A stretch of DNA of 64,000 bases, taken from positions 43,333 through 107,332 of the forward strand of contig CAZWEM010000010.1 of NCBI GenBank assembly GCA_964632315.1, written 5' to 3'. The notes under the pieces are model-generated. The model saw only the letters and a program-made list of their open reading frames with translations, did no database searches and was not told where the DNA came from. Positions 48,632 to 57,365 of this stretch are shown here, in pieces. Numbering within the stretch: the stretch's first letter is position 1; each line of letters opens with the position of its first letter. A program made the position numbers and the translations under genes. This stretch comes from an uncultured archaeon. GTDB taxonomy: Archaea > Asgardarchaeota > Lokiarchaeia > Sigyniarchaeales > SOKP01.

Positions 48632-49918
48632 ATGTTTAGAAAATTTAAAGGAATATATAGAGAATATCCTAGCGCTTTCAAGGTATTAACATTAGCCACT
48701 TTTATTGATATGCTAGGTGGTTTCTTATTAATGCCTTTTTTTGCCTTATATATCACAGAGCGATTTCATGTAGGGATAATAGAAGTAGGGCTCCTTATTT
48801 CAATAAATTCAGGAGGCAATATTATAGGAGGTTTAATTGGAGGGGCTTTAGCAGACAAATATGGGCGGCGTTCACTAATCTTATTTGGGTTGATTGTTAG
48901 TGGTGTAGGAAACATTCTTATGGGATTAGTTAATAATCTCATGCTATTTTATCTTTTAGCTGCATTTTTAGGTCTAATAGGAAGTTTTGGAGGACCAGCA
49001 CGTCAAGCAATGGTATCAGATTTACTACCAAAAACAAAACAAGCAGAAGGTTTCGGGATCCTTAGAATTTCATTTAATCTCTCAGCTACAATAGGACCGA
49101 TACTTGGAGGTTTTTTAGCAACTCATTCCTACATGTTAATATTTATAGCTGATGCAGTGAGTAGTCTTATAACTGCTGTAATCGTATTTCTTGTCATACC
49201 TGAAACAAAGCCTGAAAAAAAAGAAGATAAGTCTGAAGAAACAATAATTAAAACGGTTATAGGTTATAAAGATGTATTAAAAGATTGGTTATATATAAGT
49301 TTTCTTTCAGTGTCGGCAATAATGGTTATTGTATATATACAAATGAATAGCACTTTATCAGTTTTTTTGAGAGATGTCCACGGATTTCCAGCAAGTGGCT
49401 TTGGATTATTATTGAGCATGAATGCATTAATGGTCGTACTTTTTCAATTTTGGATAACTAGGAGGATATCTAAACGAAATCCAATGAAAATGATGGTCTT
49501 GGGTACTTTTTTCTATTTGGTTGGTTTTAGTATGTATGGGTTTGTTGCTGAAATATATCTCTTCTTTATTGCCATGATTTTTATAACTATAGGAGAAATG
49601 ATTGTCACTCCTATTGGGACAACCATTGCTTCAATTTTTGCTCCTGAGGATAAGCGAGGGCGATATATGGCAATGTATGGTTTCCATTGGGCAATTCCTA
49701 ATATTTTTGGAGTGTTACTGGCAGGTTTGGTTTGGGATTCTTTAGGTGCATTCTGGGTGTGGTATTTTGCAGGAATTCTGTCTCTTATTTCTATGATTGG
49801 ATTTTGGTTTCTCCGTAGTGCTGCTAAAGATCGTTTAGCGAGAGAAATGGAACAAAATATAATTCAGATTCATCAAACTGAAATTTCTGAAGAATTAAGT
49901 GATCTAACTTATGAGTAG
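48632..49918 (+). CDS. MFS transporter (tandem paralog 2)
   Basis: GALADKYGRR; collinear with and highly similar to 47263-48522. Confidence 0.92.
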   Translation: MFRKFKGIYREYPSAFKVLTLATFIDMLGGFLLMPFFALYITERFHVGIIEVGLLISINSGGNIIGGLIGGALADKYGRRSLILFGLIVSGVGNILMGLVNNLMLFYLLAAFLGLIGSFGGPARQAMVSDLLPKTKQAEGFGILRISFNLSATIGPILGGFLATHSYMLIFIADAVSSLITAVIVFLVIPETKPEKKEDKSEETIIKTVIGYKDVLKDWLYISFLSVSAIMVIVYIQMNSTLSVFLRDVHGFPASGFGLLLSMNALMVVLFQFWITRRISKRNPMKMMVLGTFFYLVGFSMYGFVAEIYLFFIAMIFITIGEMIVTPIGTTIASIFAPEDKRGRYMAMYGFHWAIPNIFGVLLAGLVWDSLGAFWVWYFAGILSLISMIGFWFLRSAAKDRLAREMEQNIIQIHQTEISEELSDLTYE

Positions 49919-49955
49919 ATCTTTCCAGGTTTTGCAATCTAATCAATTGTAATAG

Positions 49956-50210
49956 TTAGAGAGGAGAGGTTCTTCTTTTTTTAACACTTTTGAAGATTGT
50001 TAGCGTTATTATAACTCCAATGCATCCTACGACTATACTTGTAATAAGTATTGCAGATATATCAGAAGGAGAAGAAGGAAGATTTAATGGAGGATCTTTA
50101 GAAATAAGATAATTATATGTTAGTATTGTATTGTTATAAAGTTCAGATTCAGTTTCGAGAATGAATAGGTTATCACCATAAAATAATTCTCTTTCAATTG
50201 TAAAATTCAT
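49956..50210 (-). pseudogene. Probable C-terminal remnant of a membrane-anchored surface protein
   Basis: Pro/Ser linker, one TM helix and KKRR tail; the frame stays open ~29 codons upstream, ending at a stop with no start codon or signal peptide. Confidence 0.45.
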
Positions 50211-50323
50211 AATAACTATTCCGTAAGAATTTGTTACGTACTCATTTTCAAATACTTTCGATGAGTTGTAAAGGATTTTTAGCCTAACATTGTGATTTTA
50301 ATTCATAAATCAGATAAAAAGAA

Positions 50324-50722
50324 TTATCGATATAATGTCATATAAATATTGTAAAGTTTTTCCCATAATCTTTCATCAGTTTTAATATAATTATGGACTT
50401 CATTGATTGAGACTTGTTTCCCTTCACTATTTGTGAAAAAAAAATTATCATTGTGAAAATGAACGGTATAAATTTTTACGACTTCTTTAAAATATTGTAT
50501 TAGTTGATTTCGTTCCCAATCTTGGAGTACACTCTTAAAACCCCCAATCATTTTAATTGGATTGGTCTCATAATCAATTTCCTTGAACTTCTCAGTTTTT
50601 TCTTTGATTCCACAATTGGGACATTCAACATAAAACTCATCTTTTTGATAGAATTCTTTACTAAAAATGCATCCGCAGACAGGACAGATGAAACTTAGTC
50701 TTCCCAATATAGATTTTCCCAA
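50324..50722 (-). CDS. Zn-ribbon hypothetical protein
   Basis: CPVCG...CPNCG; TTG start. Confidence 0.6.
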   Translation of the reverse strand: MGKSILGRLSFICPVCGCIFSKEFYQKDEFYVECPNCGIKEKTEKFKEIDYETNPIKMIGGFKSVLQDWERNQLIQYFKEVVKIYTVHFHNDNFFFTNSEGKQVSINEVHNYIKTDERLWEKLYNIYMTLYR

Positions 50723-50790
50723 ATACTATGTTTTAATAAAATTTAATCTTATTTAATTAAAAAGTTTTTGAGATGAGTTTTATGAAGTAC

Positions 50791-51090
50791 TCACAAGATT
50801 TCAAATATTTTCCTTGCTTTCTCATCTAATATTGTGTTATTAACTAGGTCCCAAATTTCAGAATAATAAAAATCCTTGTCGTTTTTAACGATTAATGGAA
50901 TGCTTTCAACACAAGCACTCATATCACAGTATAAACTATTAAAAGTTGGATTTACCATTAAAGGGTCATCGAAATCATCAGGATTTTGGTAATCTAATAC
51001 TTTATAATCTACATTTTTATCTTTTAACCATTCTAGGAGTTTTTCACAGAAGTAGCAATCTTTTTTTATTACAATTTTAAATGTTGTCAT
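50791..51090 (-). CDS. Glutaredoxin-like protein
   Basis: CYFC active-site motif, L....V.Y and cis-Pro segment SIPLIV. Confidence 0.7.
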   Translation of the reverse strand: MTTFKIVIKKDCYFCEKLLEWLKDKNVDYKVLDYQNPDDFDDPLMVNPTFNSLYCDMSACVESIPLIVKNDKDFYYSEIWDLVNNTILDEKARKIFEIL

Positions 51091-51142
51091 ATGAGAAGAA
51101 TTTAAAATAAGATAATTAAATGTTTATTTTATAATTTCAAAA

Positions 51143-52294
51143 TTATCTTTCTATTTCAAAAATTATTTTGAGATATTCATATTTCGAATTTAGTAATTTG
51201 AGAATCTTCTCAGAAAAATGTCTTAAATTTTTTGCATATATTGGAAAATCCTTTAATTGCTGATGATAAAATTCATGTATCATTTTTCTAGTTTCTTCTA
51301 TTCCATTATTATCACAAAAATTTCTCCAATGGATAGAGATGTTCGTTAAATCATAAATCTCCTCATCTGAAAATTTAGATTTATTTAGAATATCATCATT
51401 ATACTTTTGAAGAGCGCGTTTAAGATTATCAAAATAATCCGCAATAGATAAGGAGTATCGACATAGGCTTATCAAGTTAGATGTGATCCTAGAATTTCTT
51501 GTATTTGTAGCTTCTTCAAATGATTTCCAAGCGTCATTCCATTCTACTTTATGTTTACCTTCTTTACCATCATTAATCATGGCAACATTAATGATATCAC
51601 TTAAATCAACATCATGACCTCTTTTTATTTTCTTATCAAAAATATCTTTTAGGCTAGCACCTGATAGATACGCGCCTGCTCCAAAATCTAAAATTTGATT
51701 TAAATTATTGGCAGCATAAAGGTGTCCTTTTCTAGCTTCTTCATTTAGTGATTTTTTCCAATTGACTATCTTTTCCCATTCACCAGATTTCTTATTTTTG
51801 TTAAAACCGCATTCCTTTAAAGTTGAGTCTAACAAAGCAGTTTGGAACGTCCAAAAATCGATATCGTCGGTAAATCTTTTTCTTCTCCAATCTCTACTAG
51901 TATATTTCCCCAAATAGAGTTTTAAAGTTCCTCTTACTAAATTAAGTTTACCAGATTTTAATGCACTCTTCGCTTCTTCACAATAATAATGATCTGGATT
52001 GGTAGCGCAAGTTTCTATTTTTTTTAAAACGTTTCTAGCTTCTCCCGCGACAATATCACAGGGGATATTCCCATCAGATGGATAAGGTCTCGATCCTCCT
52101 CGTATGTAATCTTGAAATAATTGATAATCATCATCGGAAATTGAATACCAAGGATTATGAAAAGTTGCTGAATTAAAAATATAGTGAGTAAAACCCTCCT
52201 CATCTTTCCAAGTTTTTTCAACTAGCGGTGATACATCTCTTAGGTTATCACCTTTCTCAACCGCATCAGCTTTAATATCCCAAAATCCATTCAT
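51143..52294 (-). CDS. Hypothetical protein with predicted Pol-beta-type nucleotidyltransferase core
   Basis: VRGTLKLYL...RFTDDIDF and K..RGHDVDLSD motifs. Confidence 0.55.
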   Translation of the reverse strand: MNGFWDIKADAVEKGDNLRDVSPLVEKTWKDEEGFTHYIFNSATFHNPWYSISDDDYQLFQDYIRGGSRPYPSDGNIPCDIVAGEARNVLKKIETCATNPDHYYCEEAKSALKSGKLNLVRGTLKLYLGKYTSRDWRRKRFTDDIDFWTFQTALLDSTLKECGFNKNKKSGEWEKIVNWKKSLNEEARKGHLYAANNLNQILDFGAGAYLSGASLKDIFDKKIKRGHDVDLSDIINVAMINDGKEGKHKVEWNDAWKSFEEATNTRNSRITSNLISLCRYSLSIADYFDNLKRALQKYNDDILNKSKFSDEEIYDLTNISIHWRNFCDNNGIEETRKMIHEFYHQQLKDFPIYAKNLRHFSEKILKLLNSKYEYLKIIFEIER

Positions 52295-52416
52295 TCGAAA
52301 ATCTCAAAACGTATTTATAAAAGTTAAATGAAAATCTCAAACTTAAATCTTTTTTCTATAATACATAGAAATTATTTATCGTATAGTATAAATATGATTT
52401 CTATCTCTTTCTCAGT

Positions 52417-53100
52417 ATGAAGAAACTCTTTTCAGTTTTTACTTATACACCATGGGATAAAGTTAACGCAGAAAAATTAACAGAGATAAAACTATTATCA
52501 CTCAAAAGTATATTCGATAAATATCCCATTATTGAGCCAGGATTTTTTGATGATCTTTCACATAATATTAGTAATAATCCTCATTATTCTTTGTTCGAAA
52601 GCATTAAGAGAATAATTGGTCCAAATAAAGAAGATTATGAGATTAATGATTGGATTTTTATTTGGGCAATGGACGTAAATAATAGAATGTATCAATTGTT
52701 ATTCCAAAAATTAGAAGAATCTAAAGATTCTCGAGCAATTTTAGCGGGTTTAGCACCTCCTGAATTAGGTAAGTTATTTTCGAACTACAAAGGGGATTCT
52801 ATGCTCAGAATTTTATCTTTATTGAATTCACCAAACCAAGTAAAATTTCTACTTATATTACGACCCAAAGGAAAATCATTGGTTGAAGAACAACAACTTG
52901 TTAAGTTGAATAAAAACGATATCGATAAAATTGAATTTGTTAATTCTTTAAAAACAATTCCAAACATCCAAGGCCAATGGTTTTTTTCAAATAATCCGAT
53001 GTGTCCAATTTGTAAAGGTTTATTAATAGAGAGTATGGATTATGTAAAAGGATATAAAAAGTTGGTTTGTCCTCATTGTGGTTATGAGAGAAAAAAGTAG
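52417..53100 (+). CDS. Hypothetical protein with C-terminal Zn ribbon
   Basis: CPICKG...CPHCGY at the C-terminus. Confidence 0.65.
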   Translation: MKKLFSVFTYTPWDKVNAEKLTEIKLLSLKSIFDKYPIIEPGFFDDLSHNISNNPHYSLFESIKRIIGPNKEDYEINDWIFIWAMDVNNRMYQLLFQKLEESKDSRAILAGLAPPELGKLFSNYKGDSMLRILSLLNSPNQVKFLLILRPKGKSLVEEQQLVKLNKNDIDKIEFVNSLKTIPNIQGQWFFSNNPMCPICKGLLIESMDYVKGYKKLVCPHCGYERKK

Positions 53101-53193
53101 AAAGAAAGAATATAATAGAAACAAAAAGGATTTTATTAAATAATTGAATATATAATTTATTATAGAGACTAATAGTTTTAGAGTAGTAAGATA

Positions 53194-54723
53194 ATGGTAT
53201 ATATAGCAGCACTCGATTTAGGAACTACAGGCTGTCGTACGTTTATTTTTGATATTTCCGGTAGTATTTTAGCAAGCGACTATCAAGAATGGGAAAGTCT
53301 TTACCCCTCTCCCTCCTATGTAGAACAAGATGCAAATTTATGGTGGGAATCGATCAAAAAAACGATTGAAAGTGCCATTAAAAAGAGTGGTATAGACCAA
53401 TCAGAAATCGTCTCTCTATCTGTTACAAATCAGAGAGAAACAATAGTTCCCGTTGATGAAGAGGGTAATCCTTTGCACAATGCATTAGTATGGCAAGATA
53501 GAAGAACAACTAAGCAAGTGGAGTTTATATCACAGAAAGTTGGAGCAGATAAAATCTATAACACCACTGGATTGACAATTGATCCTTATTTTTCAGCCAC
53601 TAAAATCTTATGGTTTAAAGATAATAAACCTGAAATTTATAGCCATACACACAAATTTCTGCTAGTTTCAGATTTTATCATCCACAAATTGACAGGGAAA
53701 TTCGTAACAGACCATTCAAATGCTTCAAGAACAATGTTATTCGATATTAACAAGCTTAAATATTCAGAAGAAATAGCCTCAGAATTGGAAATTGATCTTG
53801 ATAAAATGCCAGATGCTTTAGAGAGTGGCGTGGATATAGGAGAGATAACTAATGAGGAAACTGCTTTTGATCAAAAAACCTTAGTAATAACTGGAGCGGG
53901 TGATCAGCAATCTGCTGCATTAGGAGTGGGTGTGGTTTCACCAGGTGAAATTAAATGTACAACCGGAACTGGGAGTTTCTTGTTAGCTTATTTAGAAAAA
54001 CCAAATTTTGATCCTCAAAAAAGGGTTTTATGTAGTTGTCACGCTGTTCCAGGAGCTTGGGTTCAAGAAGCGAGCATTTTTACTTCAGGAGCTGTTTTAA
54101 GATGGTTCCGTGATCAAATAGGTACTGAGGAATGTGAAAAAGCAGGAGAAGATGGTCAAGACCCCTACGATATTATCATTAATGAAGCTCAAGAATCACC
54201 TATTGGTGCGAATGGATTATTATTGATCCCACATTTAGTTGGAGCTGGAGCACCTTACTGGAACCCATATGCAAAAGGATTGGTCTTTGGTTTAGCATTG
54301 GGACATAGAAGGAGAGATCTCTATAGATCTGTTCTTGAAGGAGTTGCCTATGAAGTAAAGAAGAATATTTTAGTCTTTGAATCTTTAGGAATCATTCCTA
54401 AGGAACTGAAATTAACGGGGGGTGGATCTAGATCAGATTTATGGAATCAAATTTACGCCGATGTGTTAGGAGTAACATGTGTAAGAAATATAATTGAAGA
54501 AGCAACCTCATTAGGAGCAGCAATATTGGCTGCATCAGGGGCTGCGCTGTTTCCAGACATCTCTAAAGCTGCTGAAACCATATGTAAACTTGATAAAAAA
54601 TGGGTTCCAGACCATTCAAACAATGAGTTTTATAATAAGATTTTTAAATTTTCTGGTGAACTTTATCAAACACTCGTGGATGCTAACTTGTACAAAAAAT
54701 TTAATGACATCTTTCTAAAGTAG
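53194..54723 (+). CDS. FGGY family kinase (xylulokinase/glycerol kinase-like)
   Basis: DLGTTG, TNQRET, WQDRR, D.SNASRT.LF, GDQQ.AALG and TGGG..S..W.Q motifs. Confidence 0.92.
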   Translation: MVYIAALDLGTTGCRTFIFDISGSILASDYQEWESLYPSPSYVEQDANLWWESIKKTIESAIKKSGIDQSEIVSLSVTNQRETIVPVDEEGNPLHNALVWQDRRTTKQVEFISQKVGADKIYNTTGLTIDPYFSATKILWFKDNKPEIYSHTHKFLLVSDFIIHKLTGKFVTDHSNASRTMLFDINKLKYSEEIASELEIDLDKMPDALESGVDIGEITNEETAFDQKTLVITGAGDQQSAALGVGVVSPGEIKCTTGTGSFLLAYLEKPNFDPQKRVLCSCHAVPGAWVQEASIFTSGAVLRWFRDQIGTEECEKAGEDGQDPYDIIINEAQESPIGANGLLLIPHLVGAGAPYWNPYAKGLVFGLALGHRRRDLYRSVLEGVAYEVKKNILVFESLGIIPKELKLTGGGSRSDLWNQIYADVLGVTCVRNIIEEATSLGAAILAASGAALFPDISKAAETICKLDKKWVPDHSNNEFYNKIFKFSGELYQTLVDANLYKKFNDIFLK

Positions 54724-54826
54724 TAGGATATTTTTCACCTCTAATCCTTGATAGATTCCCTTAATGAACAATTTTATATATTATAATTGTTATTGTTCTT
54801 TTAATCATAATGAATAGGTGACCTAT

Positions 54827-55420
54827 ATGGGAGAACATCAAGAAATTGAATATAGTTCAAATCAGAGAGCAGTGGGAGAACTATTTTATATATTCATGAT
54901 GATTGCAAGTATTGGAATTATAACTGGAGTCGTTTGGTCAATTTTTGATTTTATCATGCCTGCGGGTAAATTTGATTTATTTTTAGAATTAAATTTAGGT
55001 TATCAAATAGTTATTGTAGCAGGATTTTTAGCAGGTCTTTTCTTTTTATTGATTTTTTTCTTTGGTTTATTTAAAAAGGGAAGTAAAGGAATACTTGGAT
55101 TCTTATTCAGAGAAAGACCATTAGAAGAAAAATATAAAAATAGACTTGATATCAAAATTGTAGCGGGAGGACTATTATTAAGCATTATAGCGATAGTAGT
55201 GGGTGTAATTTTTGCAGTCATTCAAGACATAACGCTAGGAAGTCCAAGCACTTCTCCTTTAGCTGCTTTTTTTGTTGAATTTTCAGCGGGTAATTGGATT
55301 TTATTCGGTAGTATTGCCTTGTTAGCATTGATAGGCTTGAGTTTATTCATGATATTCTTTTGGAAAAATGGAAATTATGCAATCATGCGAATTGTAGGTA
55401 GTCTTGAAAAAGAAAAATAA
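54827..55420 (+). CDS. 4-TM membrane protein with internal two-fold repeat
   Basis: Two similar TM-hairpin units ending FKKG..GI and WKNG..AI; AGGTGA Shine-Dalgarno before the ATG. Confidence 0.65.
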   Translation: MGEHQEIEYSSNQRAVGELFYIFMMIASIGIITGVVWSIFDFIMPAGKFDLFLELNLGYQIVIVAGFLAGLFFLLIFFFGLFKKGSKGILGFLFRERPLEEKYKNRLDIKIVAGGLLLSIIAIVVGVIFAVIQDITLGSPSTSPLAAFFVEFSAGNWILFGSIALLALIGLSLFMIFFWKNGNYAIMRIVGSLEKEK

Positions 55421-55508
55421 CTTCTTTTTTCTATTTTTTTTAAGAACTAAAATCAGTAAATTAAACCAGTATAGTCATATTTATTAAAATAATATGCTAT
55501 AAATCTCA

Positions 55509-57020
55509 ATGTCCGAAAAAGTAGGTATTGTTTTTAATTTTCTTCAATTACCAGATGTCGCTAAATTTCCGTTTGTGATTGATAAGGAAAATGGGCAGAT
55601 GAGGGTCCAAAAAGGACAATTTGTGTATACCAAATCTATTGAAGGTTTCTTGATAGGTATAGTTGACAAAATTATATTACTTAATGAATATTTTTCAGAT
55701 GCTCTAACAATTAAAGCTTATAATGACGAGAATAATCCGAATATTTTGAAAGGTCTTTTCCCAAGTGATGATTTTGAGTACGCAATTGCGATTGTTAATA
55801 ATTTAGGAATTATAGAATTTGATGAGGAACACAAGATATCGAAAGTGAAGCGAATGAGTTATCCCGCGCATCCGGGGAAGGAAGTTTATATTGTTGAAGA
55901 TGGTATTCTAAAAGGATTCATCGGATTAGATTATGAACAGGGATTAGATATTGGAAATTTAAAGGTCACAAATTTAAAGGCAAAAATATCAATAAATAAA
56001 TTATTAAATAAGCATTTTGCTATTTTATCCATTTCTGGTGGAGGTAAGAGTTATTTAACTTCAATACTTATCGAAGAGTTATTATCGAGAGAAAATGAAT
56101 TGGGTACCCCTGCAGTAATTTTAATGGATGTTCATGGAGAATATACTTATCTAAATTCTATTCCTGCTTTGAGCGAAAAAGTGACGATAATTGATAGTGT
56201 TTATTCTCAAATCTCTGTACCTAACATGAATGCATATGGGTTTAGAAAATACCAAGAACAAATATCGGGGGTTCAAGTTAGGGAATTATCAAATTACATA
56301 AAAGAAGTTAAAAAAAATAATGATTCCTATTCGATTCAAGATCTGATTTACCAAATTGAAAATGATCAAAATGGAAACAAGAGTACAAGACAAGCTTTAA
56401 TTGGCTGGTTAACTGAACTACAGCGACTTAACCTTTTTGGACCGGAAGAAAATCCGAATTTAAATAATCTAATCAAACCAGGTCACTTATGCATATTTAA
56501 TTTTGAAAAGGAAATCTCAATTCGTAAAAAACAAATCCTTGTGGATTACATAAGTAATCGCCTTTTCTTTCTTCGTCGTACAGATAAGGTCCCTCCATTT
56601 CTTTTAATTGTAGAAGAAGCACATCAGTTCTGTCCTGAAGCTGCTCATGCCAAAGCTCTTTCAAAATATATTATAGAAACAATTGCAAGAGAAGGAAGAA
56701 AATTTATGGCATGTTTATGTTTGATAAGTCAAAGACCAAAAAAGTTAAGCAGTACAGCTCTTTCTCAGATGAATTCAAAAATGATTCTTAATATTAAAAA
56801 CCCATACGATTTAAAGCATCTCATGGATAGTTCAGAGGCGATCACTAAAGAATACGCTGATATGATTTCAAGTTTAGGTGTTGGTGAGATGTTATTAATG
56901 GGGAATGCAGTAAAATATCCAATATTTATTGAGATTAGACAAAGAAAATACAAATCCAAAATAGAAGATCTTTCACTTTCAGATATATGTTTAAATTGGA
57001 GGAGTAAAGAATTAGGTTGA
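55509..57020 (+). CDS. HerA-like (DUF87) ATPase
   Basis: HAS-barrel-like N-terminus; KHFAILSISGGGKS, DVHGEY, EEAHQF, IAREGRKF and SQRP motifs. Confidence 0.9.
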   Translation: MSEKVGIVFNFLQLPDVAKFPFVIDKENGQMRVQKGQFVYTKSIEGFLIGIVDKIILLNEYFSDALTIKAYNDENNPNILKGLFPSDDFEYAIAIVNNLGIIEFDEEHKISKVKRMSYPAHPGKEVYIVEDGILKGFIGLDYEQGLDIGNLKVTNLKAKISINKLLNKHFAILSISGGGKSYLTSILIEELLSRENELGTPAVILMDVHGEYTYLNSIPALSEKVTIIDSVYSQISVPNMNAYGFRKYQEQISGVQVRELSNYIKEVKKNNDSYSIQDLIYQIENDQNGNKSTRQALIGWLTELQRLNLFGPEENPNLNNLIKPGHLCIFNFEKEISIRKKQILVDYISNRLFFLRRTDKVPPFLLIVEEAHQFCPEAAHAKALSKYIIETIAREGRKFMACLCLISQRPKKLSSTALSQMNSKMILNIKNPYDLKHLMDSSEAITKEYADMISSLGVGEMLLMGNAVKYPIFIEIRQRKYKSKIEDLSLSDICLNWRSKELG

Positions 57021-57284
57021 ATCTTCCATGATATCTTCTCGTATTTCTTGATTTCTCTTGTTAAGCACTATCATATTTTTTGTTTTTGATACCCTAAATA
57101 CGTTTATAATGCTACGACTTTCTAATTTCATAAAAATTTCTTCCAGCATCAAGATATTTACAAAAGGAAACTCTTTTCTTAATAATTCTTCTAAACGTTT
57201 ATCGAGTATTTCTCCTTTATTCTTAATTAAGATATCAATAAGTGAATTTATTATTGGTTTTTCATTCCAACGATTTGATTCGAT
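57012..57284 (-). CDS. Small winged-helix-like protein downstream of CDC48 (90 aa), predicted ATC start; absent from the ORF track
   Basis: Open frame (M)ESNRWNEKPIINSLIDILIKNKGEILDKRLEELL...MKLESRSIINVFRVSK...; AGGTGA lies 6 nt before the ATC and its TGA closes the frame upstream. Confidence 0.7.
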   Translation of the reverse strand: MESNRWNEKPIINSLIDILIKNKGEILDKRLEELLRKEFPFVNILMLEEIFMKLESRSIINVFRVSKTKNMIVLNKRNQEIREDIMEDST

Positions 57285-57365
57285 TTCACATCACCTAGAT
57301 AGTTTATGTTTTATTATAGAAATCAATTTTAAGAATTATTTCTAATTCTTTAAGTTTTGGTTAAA

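Noticed and set aside
57285-57330. Selenocysteine readthrough of the in-frame TGA upstream of the wHTH gene (and of the THUMP gene)
   Set aside because: The TGA is part of or adjacent to the Shine-Dalgarno sequence, there is no redox-motif context and no SECIS-like element was identified
57058-57345. 95-aa plus-strand ORF in the track
   Set aside because: Antisense shadow (Phe/Ile/Ser-rich) of the minus-strand 57012-57284 gene, which has an SD and typical composition
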